A stretch of 64,000 nt of DNA, from assembly GCA_976551045.1 (NCBI GenBank), contig CDPCPM010000005.1, positions 22,816,001-22,880,000 of the forward strand, in the 5' to 3' direction. A program made the translations under genes and the position numbers. Positions 40,215 through 52,575 of the stretch are shown here, piece after piece (the stretch's first letter is position 1; each line of letters opens with the position of its first letter). Source of the stretch: Glaucostegus cemiculus (Eukaryota). The notes under the pieces are model-generated. The model searched no databases and was not told the DNA's origin. It saw only the letters and a list, made by a program, of their open reading frames with translations.

Positions 40215-40580
40215 CCAATAGACAATAGACAATAGGAGCAGTAGACCATTCGGCCCTTCGAGTCTGCTCCGCTATTTTGAGATCATGGCTGATCCTCAAC
40301 ACTCAATATCCCGTTCCTGCCTTGTCCCCATATCCCTTGATTCCCCTATCTATAAGAAACCTATCTAGCTCCTTCTTGAAAGTGCCCAGAGAATTGGCCT
40401 CCACTGCCCTCTGAGGCAGTGTGTTCCACAAACTCACAACCCTCTAGGAGAAGAAGTTTTTCCTTACCTCTGTCCTAAATGGCCTACCCCTTATTCTTAA
40501 ATCATGCCCTCTGATCCTGGACTTCCCCAACATCTGGAACATATTTCCTGTCTCTATCTTGTCCAATCCCTTAACAATCC
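40215..40580 (-). mobile_element. LINE (CR1-like) 3' end
   Basis: Reverse-complement 3' UTR with a short tandem tail (caatagacaatagacaatag). Confidence 0.7.
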
Positions 40581-41417
40581 AGCTATACTAGATCCACAGG
40601 TTGAGCTGTCTGGAGCTCAGGGTTTTGGCATTCATGGCTTGTTCACCAGAGTCTATGGCTTGTGGAAGAACAGATAACATAAGGAGTGCAGTGTGCCAAG
40701 ATCAAGTTCTCCCCACATCCTTCTCATTAGCTTCTTATAACATGCCCTTCTTAACTGCCTCTGCCCGTCAATGTGACCATATCTTGTTGCCTTCCTCATT
40801 TCAGAAATTCCAAACATACCATCTGCTAGATCTCAGCAGTGGAGATGTGCTGAGATCTAGCACAAGGGGGAGGAAGAAGACAATACAGGAACAAGACAGA
40901 CATCGGTGGATCGGACACTGCTATCCTTCAGCTCAGCTCCTGGCACTTCAGATATTAGTGAGTAGTTTAGCAGCAGGGTTTGCGTGCAGTGAGTCACCAA
41001 ACATGAATGCACTGCAGCCAGGCCCAGAGAAAGGGCAGCTCCTGTGCCAGCTCCCCAGAGGTGAGATCATCCACCAGTCCTACTCCAGATAACTCAAGAT
41101 GATAATTACAGTAGGGCAGCCTTTAGAAGAAGGCTGATGAACTTGCACAAGGAGATATCTACAGCTTTGTCTAAGCTGCCAGAAAGCCTGCATGAGAAGA
41201 TATTTGACAAAGTCCCACATCAGAGATTGGTGTGCAAAAATTAAAGCATATGGGATTGGGCATAATATACATGCATGGATTGAAAATTGGTTGGCAGAGA
41301 GGAAACAGAGCAGGAGTAAGTTGGTCTTTCTCAATGTGAAAGAGGTGATTAGTGGGGTACCACCTGTGTCCCAGCTATTCACAATCTATATTGGTGATTT
41401 GAATGAAGGAATTAAAT

Positions 41418-42873
41418 TTCCTCCAAAGTGTCTGAATGACTACCGTCCTATAGTCCTAACACCGATTGTCATGAAATGCTTTGAGAGGCTAGTTATGAAG
41501 CACATTAGAGCCTCCCTCCCCCCATCCTTGGATCCTCATCAGTATGCTTATCGGGCAAACAGGTCCACCGATGATGCAGTCTCCTCTGCCATGCACTCTG
41601 CACTACATCACTTAGAGAAGAAGGACTCATACTGCCGGCTGCTATTCATTGACTTCAGCTCCGCTTTCAATACCATCATCCCACAACAGCTTATCAGGAA
41701 GTTGAGCGCTCTGGGCATCAACACTCCTCTCTGCAACTGGATACTGGATTTTCTAACTGGCAGGCCACAGTCAGTCAAAATTGGTGAAAACACCTCAAGC
41801 ACCATCACACTGAGCACTGGCTCCCCTCAGGGTTGTGTGCTCAGTCCGCTCCTGTTCAACTTGTTGACCCACGACTGTGAGGCCAGATTCCGCTCCAACC
41901 GCATTGTTAAATTTGCCGATGACACGACAGTGGTGGGTCTTGTTACGAATGACGATGAGTCGGACTATAGAGAGGAGGTGAACCAACTAGCCGTGTGGTG
42001 CCATGACAACAACCTCTCCTTGAATGTGGATAAAACCAAGGAGATGATAGTGGATTTTAGGAGGGGTCATCGTGTGCACGCTCCGCTGACCATCAACGGG
42101 TCTGCTGTGGAACAAGTACACAGCACCAAGTTCCTGGGGGTGCACATCACCGACGACCTGACCTGGTCCACTAACATTACGGCCCTCACGAAGAAGGCTC
42201 AGAAACGCCTCTACTTCCTGCGGAGACTGAGGAAAGCGTACCCACACCCTTCAGTCATGAAATCCTTCTACAGGGGGACCATTGAGAGCATCCTAACTCA
42301 ATGTATCTCTGTTTGGTTTGGAAGCTGCTCAGCTGCTGGGCGGAAGTCCCTCCAGAAGATAGTTAAGGCTGCGGAGTGGATCATAGGTGTCTCGCTTCCA
42401 TCCCTCGCAGACATATACAAAGACCGTTGTGTGAGGAAGACAAAAAGCATAATGGCTGACCCCTCTCACCCCTCCCACCACCTCTTCACAATTTTGCCAT
42501 CAGGGAGGAGGCTTAAATGTATCAGGGCAAGAACGTCCAGGCTGAACAATAGCTTCTTTCCGCAAGCCATAAGAACTGCAAACTCTCTCATCCCTCCATC
42601 TTCCTTTGTTAACACTAGGAGATGCTAGGTGCACAGAAATGCACCAGCACTCCAAATGCCTGACACCAGCCCGTTCACTTTAAGATATATTTATGTAAGA
42701 ACTAATGGGTAATGTTTTGTACTGTGTATTTTGTACTGTGTATGTGTCTCTCTGTTGGCTGTTATGTTATTCTTTTCTATGAGACGTGTTCCTGTGGAGG
42801 ACGGTATCTCGCTCCTATGCGTACCATGTATGTATATGGTTGTGACAATAAAAACTGATTCTGATTCTGATTC
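41418..42873 (+). mobile_element. 5'-truncated Rex1/Babar-type non-LTR retrotransposon with uninterrupted RT
   Basis: [76 protein letters not shown] plus (GATTCT)n tail. Inserted in an old CR1 with an approximate TAAAT duplication. Confidence 0.9.
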
Positions 42874-43159
42874 TAAATGAAGCATTTCTAAACTTGAAAC
42901 CCAGTGGTATTACAGGTTGTGAGGAGCTTGCAGAAGTTTCAAAGTGCTGCAGACAAGTTGAGTGAGTGGGAAAATATGGCAAATGAAGTAAAACAGAGAT
43001 AAATATCAAATTATCTACTATGGTTCCAAAAATCAGAAAGATTGGGAACTAAGAGACATTGGTGTCCTTCTACACCATTCCTAAAAGCAAACTTGCAGGT
43101 GCAGCAAGCAGTTCAGAAGCTATATGGTACTTTGCCCCTCACTGTGAAAAGTTGTGAAT

Positions 43160-44610
43160 ACAGGGTGGCGAATGTTGTCCCCTTGTTCAAGAAAGGTAGT
43201 AGGGATAGTCCAGGGAATTACAGACCGGTGAGTCTCACGTCTGTGGTGGGTAAACTGTTAGAAAGGATTTTAAAGGATAGGATCTATGAACACCTAGAGA
43301 ATAATGGTCTGATTAGCGACAGCCAGCATGACTTTGTGAAGGGAAGGTCTTGCCTCACAAGCCTGATAGAGTTCTTTGAGGAGGTGATGAGGAAGATTGA
43401 TGAGGGTAGTGCAGTGGATGTGGTCTACATGGATTTCAGTAAGGCATTTGATAAGGTTCCTCATGGTAGGCTTCTTGAGAAGGTCAGAGGTCAAGGGATT
43501 CAAGGAAGCTTGGCTGTGTGGATTAGGAATTGGCTTGCCTGTAGAAAGCAGAGGGTTGTGGTGGAGGGAATGCCCTCGGATTGGAGGGCTGTGACTAGTG
43601 GTGTCCCGCGGGGATCGGTTCTGGGACCTCTACTTTTTGTTATATTTATAGATGACTTAGATGAGGGGGTGGAAGGCTGGGTTAGTAAGTTTGCCGATGA
43701 CACTAAGATCGGCGGTGTGGTGGATAGTGTGGAGGGCTGTCAGAGCTTACAGAGGGATATTGATAGGATGCAGAGCTGGGCGGACAAGTGGCAGATGGAG
43801 TTCAATCTGGAGAAGTATGAGGTGGTGCACTTTGGAAGGACAAACTCCAGGGTGGAGTACAAGGCAAATGGCAAGGTACTTAGCAGTGTCGAGGAGCAGA
43901 GGGATCTGGGGGTTCATATCCACAGTTCATTGAAAGTTGCCTCACAGGTGGATAGGGCAGTTAAGAAGGCCTATGGGATGTTAGCTTTTATAAATTGTGG
44001 GATTGAGTTTAAGAGCCGCAAAGTGATGATGTGGCTTTACAAAACTCTAGTTAGTCCACACTTAGAGTATTATGTTCAGTTCCGGTCACCACATTATAGG
44101 AAGGATGTGGAGGCATTGGAGAGGGTGCAGAGGAGATTTACCAGGATGCTGCCTGGATTAGAGGGTATGGAATATGAGGAGAGGCTTAAGGTGCCAGGGC
44201 TTTACTCATTGGAGAGGAGGAGAAGGAGAGGAGACATGATAGAGGTGTATAAGATATTGAGAGGAATAGATAAGAGTAGACAGCCAGCGCCTCTTTCCCA
44301 GGGCACTGATGCTCAAGACGAGAGGGCATGGCCTTAAGGAATTGGGTGGGAAGTTCAGGGCATATGTCAGAGGGAGGTTTTTCACCCAGAGAGTGGTTGG
44401 TGCATGGAATGTGCTGCCTGGGGTGGTGGTGGAGGCAGATACGTTGGACAAGTTCAAGAGATTGTTGGATAGGCATATGGAGGAATGTGGGATGGAAGGA
44501 TATGTGGGAGGAAAGGGTTAGATAGTGTGAGGTGTAGTTTGATGGACGGCACAACATGGTGGGCTGAAGGGCCTGTATTGTGCTGTATTGTTCTATGGTT
44601 CTATGGTTTT
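43160..44610 (+). mobile_element. Young 5'-truncated CR1 LINE (RT), one frameshift near 44275
   Basis: VANVVPLFKKG, NYRPVSLTSVVGKLLE, YMDFSKAFDKVPH, FADDTK, and a (ttctatgg)2 tail. Confidence 0.95.
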
Positions 44611-45678
44611 GATATCTTCCCACAATTACATAGGGTTTTGGTGAGATCACACCTTGAGTGCTGTGTGCTGCTTTAGTCTCCTTACCCAAGAAAGCCTATA
44701 CTTGCCATAGAGGGAGAGGAGCGAATGATCACCAGACTGATTCCTGAGATGTTGGAATGGTGGGACTGTTGTATGTGGGGATTCGCTGGTCTGTATAGAC
44801 TAGAGTTTAGAAGAAGGAGATGACATTGAATCATAAAAAATTTTGACTGTTCTGGACAGACTCAGTGTAGAGAGAATGTTTACCCTGGCTACAGTGGGGG
44901 GTGGGGAGCAGTTCTTGAATGAGTGGTCCCCCTTTCGGATGTGAGGTCAGACATTTAGGACCGAGATGAGGAAAGATTTTGTCACTAACTGGATGGTGAA
45001 CCAATGGAATTCTCTACCTCAGAAGGCAATGGATGGATGGATTTGTAAGGAGATGGCAGCTTCAAGGAAAATTAGAGGTAAATGTTAAATAGTGACCTTG
45101 AAAGTGTGGCTAACATTGTGTGAATGATAGAAGTTGTAATCATTTAATGAATCAAGATACTTCACAGGCAGGGGTCAAATGTAGGAAGAGGGTTGCTGAG
45201 CTGATATAAGTGTTAAAAAAAGAACTTTTAAGGAGGCTTTGGAAGATGAGAAATGTTACAGGATAAGGACTTTAGGGAGAATATTGCACTTATTAATTCT
45301 TTCGTAAAAACATAACTGATACAAGTAAGATTAAAAGTCATCGGGAAAAGTATCAACTAAGATGATGGTATATTCATTGTTCATTGGTTATGTGCCAATT
45401 GGGCAGGTAGAGTTAGGGACTAGTCAATGAAGGGAGAAATGGGCATCACTTGATCCATGGGCTACAGTTTGCTAAAGTTAGAGGCGTGTATTTTGTGAGC
45501 CTGGGTTTATTAATTTGGAAAATCATAAGTACTTATGATAACTACAAGATTAAAAGGTGAGAAATTAATAGGAAGGATTATTCATTCTCTGTGGAAATAG
45601 CCCATTTAATGAGCTGAATAACTTATTTACATTTTATGTATAATTGTCATCTAATAAAAGATAGTTTTATAAATCTAC

Positions 45679-45833
45679 CTTTAAGTTTTCTGGATTCATG
45701 TCACTCTTATGCTTTTCATTTGCCTTGTAACCACTGTGATAAAGTTCAATAAGAGGATCAAAAAACTGCATGAAGACAGTATATGATTCTGCATCTCCAG
45801 CCACACAGCCCACTGTTCTCTTGCAAGAATGCT
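45679..45833 (-). CDS. Creatine kinase-like gene, coding exon B (155 nt)
   Basis: ttatag|AG...AAG|gtagat. (E)[51 protein letters not shown] contains the [10 protein letters not shown] motif. Confidence 0.92.
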
Positions 45834-46290
45834 CTATAATGCAAGCAAAAAAAAACCAATGTCAATTAAATCCTTATAATAATTTAACACCACTGAATAA
45901 CACACATGTGTTCTTTCTAAAATTAAAAGATTGACATATTTACATGTTATTCAGTGAAATAGTCCAAAGGCAATGATACTTAGCATAATATTAGTCAACT
46001 ATACTCCTAAAAGGATTATTTATTCCCTACAACTCCAGAAAACATGAAGAACAAATGTCCCTCTGCAGGACTGTACTCAAACACTACATGAACAAAACTC
46101 CAGGAATACAGCATCAGAATGGGCAACTGCTAAATACCAAAGATTGATGAAAGGTGAAACATTGAAACTGTACTTCAAAATCACAAATAGAAAATCTACA
46201 AATGATTCAGTTTATGAAGTTGAAATGTGTTGCAATATTATTTTACTGAATGAAATCATAAGTAATTATTTATATTAAGATGCCACTTAC

Positions 46291-46483
46291 CAGGATTATC
46301 TACACCAGGCTGGATAACATCATCTAGTGTGAAGCCACTTTGAGTTGCCCGGTTCCTCAGTCTCTTGTACATTTGGATTGTAAGAACATTTGCCATATAG
46401 GTCTGGTTTTTGCCCAAGTTTGGAAATTCTTCTTCAGCTGACAATTTTTTAATGTTAATTGCAGGATCACGTGGAGTTAATTG
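46291..46483 (-). CDS. Creatine kinase-like gene, coding exon A (193 nt, no ATG at codon 1)
   Basis: attttag|CAA...CCT G|gtaagt. QLTPRDPAINIKKLSAEEEFPNLGKNQTYMANVLTIQMYKRLRNRATQSGFTLDDVIQPGVDNP aligns without gaps to CK residues 1-64. Confidence 0.85.
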
Positions 46484-47519
46484 CTAAAATTATGAACAGA
46501 CACAGCAACAAATGGACTCTTGAATAGGCAAGGCATAGAAGGATACGGTGCTAATGCAGGCATATGGGATGAGTGTCGATGGGCAAAAAGGACACATGAA
46601 TGCGGTAGGCAGAAGGGTCTGTTTCTAAGCTGTACAAATCCATGACTCAATGAACACCACTACAATGCCTTTAAATAACTGTCCATCTTAATATAAAAAT
46701 AAATACAAAATGCAAAGGGGAAAGGTAAGATGGAAATTCAGCCCGAGCACTATTTTACTCTATTATTCCTGAAGCTGAAATAGGTTAGCAGGCTGTCTAA
46801 TTCAGGAACAATTCGGCAATAAATACTGGTCCAGACAGTAACATCCTCATTCTATGAATAAATTTTTAAAAATATTCATTTTGTATTAGTAGAAGCAATG
46901 AAAAGCTATAATTACGTAGCATATTTTGCCTTTCTTTTTGAGAAATATCTTGTGTTATCAGAGGATTGATGCTGTTTCCTCAGCTCCAAGATTGTTGATA
47001 GGTAAACAGTGACAAGGCCTGATTGATTTAAATGTCCTAAAGTGTAGGATATCAATCACTTAGAAGGAATGCAATACAGTACATACTGAATGTCATACCA
47101 CACATATCTAAAAGCATAAGGCTGATAAAAATAAACTTTTGATTGATGAATTTAGTATGAGTGAGAAGACCATCAAAACCTTCTTAATGTGGAGTATTTC
47201 TCAAGAAAGGCCATTGCACAAAAACACAGATTATTGATGCTGTTTTGACTAATAGAAAGCACATTTTTTTATTTATTCACACAACATAAATGTCTAAACC
47301 GACATTGGTAGATTATCTCCAATTGTTTGTAAACTGAGTGGTTTGCTAAACCATTTCAAAGGGCAGTTAAGAGTAACTGTTCTCGAATCAGAGTTACTGT
47401 ACATATAGGCAAAAATGGGTGAGAACATCAATGGATATTAGTGAACTTGATGCATTTTTATGACTACCTGTAGTTTCATGGTTACAGTTATTGATGCTGG
47501 CTTTTTATTCCAGATTTTT

Positions 47520-48007
47520 AAAAATACACAAGAAATCCTACAACACACGATGCACACGCAAGGTCTGCAAAATCATAGATGACCCTTCTCATCCCTCCCA
47601 TGACATATTTGTCCCACTGCCGTCTGGCATGCGGTACTGGAGCATCTGGGCCAGAACTACTAGACTGTACAATGTTTTTTTCAGACAAATGCCGCGTCAA
47701 AAGCCCTGGTTTGCACAATGGCGTGTAAGAACTTTGGCTGCTGCTGAACATGTTTACACATTTAGTGCAACACACTGAGTTCTGTATTTTCTTCGTCCAA
47801 CTCGGTTTTGCACTAACCCTGCACTAATGGTATATGCCATTTTTTGCACTATTTGTGCTTGCGCAATTTTTTTGTCTGCATTTATTGTATGTCCTCTGTT
47901 CTATGTATGTCCTCTGTTGTGTGAGTGTGGGGGAAATGACATTTCGTTCCTCCCTGTGTTTTTATAGCATATGGGTGAATGACAATAAAGTATAACTTGA
48001 ACTTGAA
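47520..48007 (+). mobile_element. Rex/Babar-type 3' fragment
   Basis: KIIDDPSHPSHDIFVPLPSGMRYWSIWARTTRL resembles the C-terminus of the 41418 element. AATAAA plus (aacttg)n tail. Confidence 0.75.
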
Positions 48008-49591
48008 TAGAAGCAGAAGTTGGCACAAGGCTCTTCAAGCCATTCAATTAGATCTTAGCTTCACTTTCCTGCCAGTTGCCCATAACTTCTTTAATTACTT
48101 GAATTAAAATTCCCACCTGCCATGGCACAGTTCAAATCAGATCTATGGTTCAGGCTTCTGAACTGGTAGCCCATGAACCTGCTGCACCTCACTCAAAACA
48201 ATCAAAAATACATTCTTATTATGTGACACATTTCAGTAGCCAGCAAACAGTGTGAAGGTGCTTTGTTATAGTAATCTCAATAATGGGAGATGAAAGTATA
48301 TCTAGAGTAGTTGTGATCTAGAATTCACCGCCTGTATAGTGATGGTAGATCACTGCCTTTGAAAAGGGAATTGAATGGGCACTTGAGAAGGAATAATTTA
48401 TCAGGTTATGGGGAAAGAGTCAGGGAGTGTGAATCATACGATTGGTTTGCCAGGGGTCAACTTGGACTCGATGGGTCAAATGGCCTCCTGCGCCATAAAA
48501 AATTCTATAATTCCCAGATCACGAGGATCTAAATCCCAGTTGTGGCATTGGTTGACATTGAGTATAAAACATTTCATAAAGCATCACACAAAGCGCTGGA
48601 GGAAATCAGTAGGTCAGGCAGCATCTATGGAGGGAAATGGACAGTCGACGTTTCGGGTCGAGACCCTTCATCTGGATTGAAAGATAGAAGGGAGATAGCC
48701 AGTATAAAGAGGTGGCGGGAAGGGCGCATGCTAGGACTAGCAGAGGAATTCGTGAAGATTTTTTATGTCTAAATAACTGTAATTTAAATGACAATGCTAT
48801 GTGATTTGACACGTTCCATTTAAATAACGATTGCCGACGCATCAGAAAACTGACCAACGCTGAGTTATCTATTTTTACACTAACCATCCTATCCTAAGCC
48901 AATCCCAGCCTGAGACTCTCCCCAAAGTCACAAATGATCTCCGTGCAGACAGCGTGTCCCGCTCTGTTCAAATTGTAAAGATTTCAAACACGTGGTAAGC
49001 TGTTTAAAAATAGATCAAATAATCGTGCAATTCTTGGCAATGGCAAATGCACATATGCTTCGTATGCAAATACCTGGAACGCACGTTGCTAATTCTCCCT
49101 TGTTTGCCTATAGTATAAGTGAAGAAAGTTGGTTTTGTTTATTTCAAATTACAAACCTCCAAAATGTGGTTGTACTTGAGACTGAGTGGCAATTCCAGCG
49201 GAGCTGTTGGAAACAACAAACAAACAACGTGTAAATTCTGTAGAAATATCTGTAAATACTGTCACCCAGCGCTTCAATGCAAAAAATGCAATAACAATAA
49301 ATATATATTATGGGGCGGGGGGGGGGGGTGTACCTAATCGATAGAGCTCAATTAAGTTTCAAACTCATTGCATCCCGAACTGCCACTATAGGAGAAGGTA
49401 ACCTGAATGGACATTGTCACTTTCAGTCCAGCTATTCCCTGTCTCTGCGGAACCAGCCAACTACAGTTACTATTGTATCGGTTATACGAAATTTGATTGG
49501 CTTCCTTTCCAGGAGTTTAAAGGTCTTGACGATCTCACATTTCAATTTGCTTTCGTAACGATTGCAATGAAATACTGTAAGCAAGACTTAC

Positions 49592-49950
49592 GTTTTAGTT
49601 TCCACATTGCTGCGGCGACGGGCGACGCACAGACTTTATGTTGCTGGTGAGAACAGACCAACCTCCGCGAGTGACCACTCGCAATGTGCTCGTGTTCAAT
49701 TCCAGGAGTTCAGATCGCTTTGGTCTCACTTGAAATGTGACCTCGACTGTTAGAGGTTTGGATTATTTGTAACATGTAAAGTCCGGCTCCCGCCGGGCAC
49801 ACAGTGGCGAGGAATTTAACTCTTTCCTGAAGGAGTTTTCCAAACCGGGGGTACAGCACCATGGAGAAAAACTTCTATCGACACGTCTGTTTCTATCTTG
49901 TGTTCAGGCATAAGGCTGGCGTTGAGAGGAATCCGTTTTGCGTTAAATGG
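49592..49950 (-). promoter_or_regulatory. Candidate promoter / first exon of the CK-like gene
   Basis: Locally CpG-enriched unique sequence with a strong minus-strand donor AAAC|GTAAGT at 49592/49591, about 3.1 kb upstream of coding exon A. Confidence 0.45.
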
Positions 49951-52575
49951 CCCTCTGCATCCAGAATTGCAGTTATTCTTTTATAGTGTCATCGTCCCAT
50001 GAAACGGCAATCATTGGATTCCAATCAAGTTATGATCGCTGGGTGCTATCTCCGTTAAATGCATGTAGTCAGGCCAGCGGTGGAATAGTGACTGCAGGAT
50101 ATCGTAGCTTGTATGGCAGCTCCTGGATGGTTGTGATTGTGAGAGAACAGCAAGTGGTGGCCGTGGATATGTGTGCAATTCTCAAGCAGCTCCTGATTCT
50201 CTGCGAGGAATTAGATGGAAATATTTGCTGTACCAAAGACACCAGCAGTAACTAAATGTAAGCACAGACTGCAGGCTGTCTGACTTTACTAATAATCTCT
50301 TGAATTTAAGGAAGAAGGCAGGAGACCAAGGTTGAAGATGACAGTGACCTTGGCTGTGCCAATTCTGATGCATCCTTACAAGTCTTAATGCAGAAGGTGA
50401 TATGATCCCTGACATGGTGCCGCTAGAGAAATGAGACCAACATTTGCACTGCTCCATAAACAACTACACGTATCTGTCCTTGCCTTTAATTCTGTTGGGA
50501 AGATAGGGTTTCTCTGAACATATCCAGTTCTATTTAGGTTCTCTTCAGCTGCAGCTGTTGTTGCTTCCTTTTGTTTTCTTCTCCTCAATCATTGTCCCCT
50601 TCCCACCAGACTGGAATTCACAAGAATAATGAAATATACTTGAAATTACTCACAAAGGTAATTCATATACTCTGTGATGCTCCAATCATCTTAAGAATCC
50701 ATAATGCTCTGCAGCAATGTCAAGTCTTATGAAGGACTTCACATCCAATGCATAATTCCTAATATGTTCTAATGTGTTGTCCAAAAATTTCACAGTTCAC
50801 TTCTTTTTCACTTGTTCATATATGTGCAGGTATTAGAATTCATGATGACTGAACACTTGGACTAGGGATGACGACATAGCAAGAGTGCAGGAGAGAATAA
50901 CATATAGAGCAGCAGTTTGCTGGGACTCACCAGGAGAGAGTTATATTTTGGAGTCTTCTTTACCCCTTTAGATACAGTCATTTCCAAATTTTAGACTGCT
51001 CTTAAGAATGTCTTTATTAACTTTGCTAAATCACTTGGAGTTAGTGTACCAAGGATAGTGAACCAAAACTCTTAAATTTCTTTGGTTATGAATTGTTGTC
51101 CACATATCTATATGATTCTTTTTGTCCTGAACAGGGTAACCCCCAACAACACAAGTTATTGTCTTTAACTGACAATTTTATTGAACATATTTTTTATAGA
51201 AAAGCTAAAAAAATGCATAGGCTGGAAATCTGAAATAAGAATAAAAATTACTGGAAATACTCAGCCTGTCACACACCATTTGTAAAGAGAGACAATGCTG
51301 TCTGTTTACATACATTTACAAATATATGTTAAATATGCCTAGTCCTGAATGGATTTTAAAAAAACACTGAAATTCTTACTTTATGACAAATCATAATAGT
51401 CAAATCTCAGGAGTTAAGTGATCCAATGTGGCCCTCTCAAAGTCTGACACCCCCTTTGATTTAAACAATCTAAACTGTTTAAATACCATGTAAGCAATTA
51501 CCTGGACTTAGTGGATTTGCAAAAGCTATGTGCAAAAGGAGCTATTACTCATATACAAAATCAATTATGTTTCAAATGCATCACTTTTCTTTCTTCCTTC
51601 CTTGCATTATTTGAACTAATCAATGCTGGTACAAAACTTTGAAAGCAGGTTTTACTTCTTTATGTATTTTGATTGATGTAAATGGACCACCTCTAAAGTT
51701 AGTATGGCTAAAAGTGTTGTTTTAATGCATAAAACTTTAAATTTGTAGTACAAAATTCATTAGTACCTGAATCTGTGCACAAATCACATGTGGTTTGCAC
51801 TGGAAGAGGCAGCATGCAAACAGTCTCAACTTGGCAATGGACTTGATTGTAATAGTTCAACCAAACTTGGCATTGTAACCAGGTGGAAGTTGAGTTGCTT
51901 GCCCAGTTGATGACAGTGCTCATAAACATCTTGGGTGGGAGATGAGCAGAGAAGATCAGCAAAGGTGGGTAACTGAGTGCAAGCCACTAAGTGTTGGAAG
52001 CAGAAAAAAAAATGACAGCCTCCAATGGAGCTTTTTTGATCTACTGGTTAAGCTGCTTACAAACCAGGTAACGATGCATGCCAGGCATTGGGCCCCATTA
52101 TCCTCCAAGCAAATTCCACAACAGATCTGAAATATTTATAGGATGCTCATGCCTGGATGGAAATCAGGCCTACAATGTTTCCAAGCAGCCACCAGGTCAG
52201 AGTAAAGGCCCTGCAGCATTTGGGCATCTTGCTCATTTTGTTAATGGCCATAAAGGGCAGCCAACAATGTTGAATTTCTACCTCTATGTGTCTTAAGTAG
52301 TAATTGTCTGATCAGATTTAACTTTAGAAATAATCACACAAGCTGAACAACACAAATAATCAGCATCCATGCAATGTCTTTATATGAATAAGGGATATGC
52401 ATTTAATAGAAAAATAAAAATATTCACAATATTACAAATTATATTAGTCTTTCCAGAGCTTGAATGCTCAATAAAATATAGTAACATAATGCTCAATATT
52501 GTATAATGAATTTTTATAATGATTGTGATAGCTTTGGTGAAAATGTATACCTCATGTCCAATTTTATGAATTCTT

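Noticed and set aside
25686-46483. Calling the CK-like gene CKB, CKM or a processed pseudogene
   Set aside because: It has introns at canonical positions and an open frame. Its divergence and the MARK1/TRAF5 synteny do not fit CKB or CKM, so no symbol is assigned.
50385-50588. Minus-strand ORF as the N-terminal exon of the CK-like gene
   Set aside because: TTG start, the nearby ATG frame stops after 15 codons, and no suitable phase-0 donor was found.
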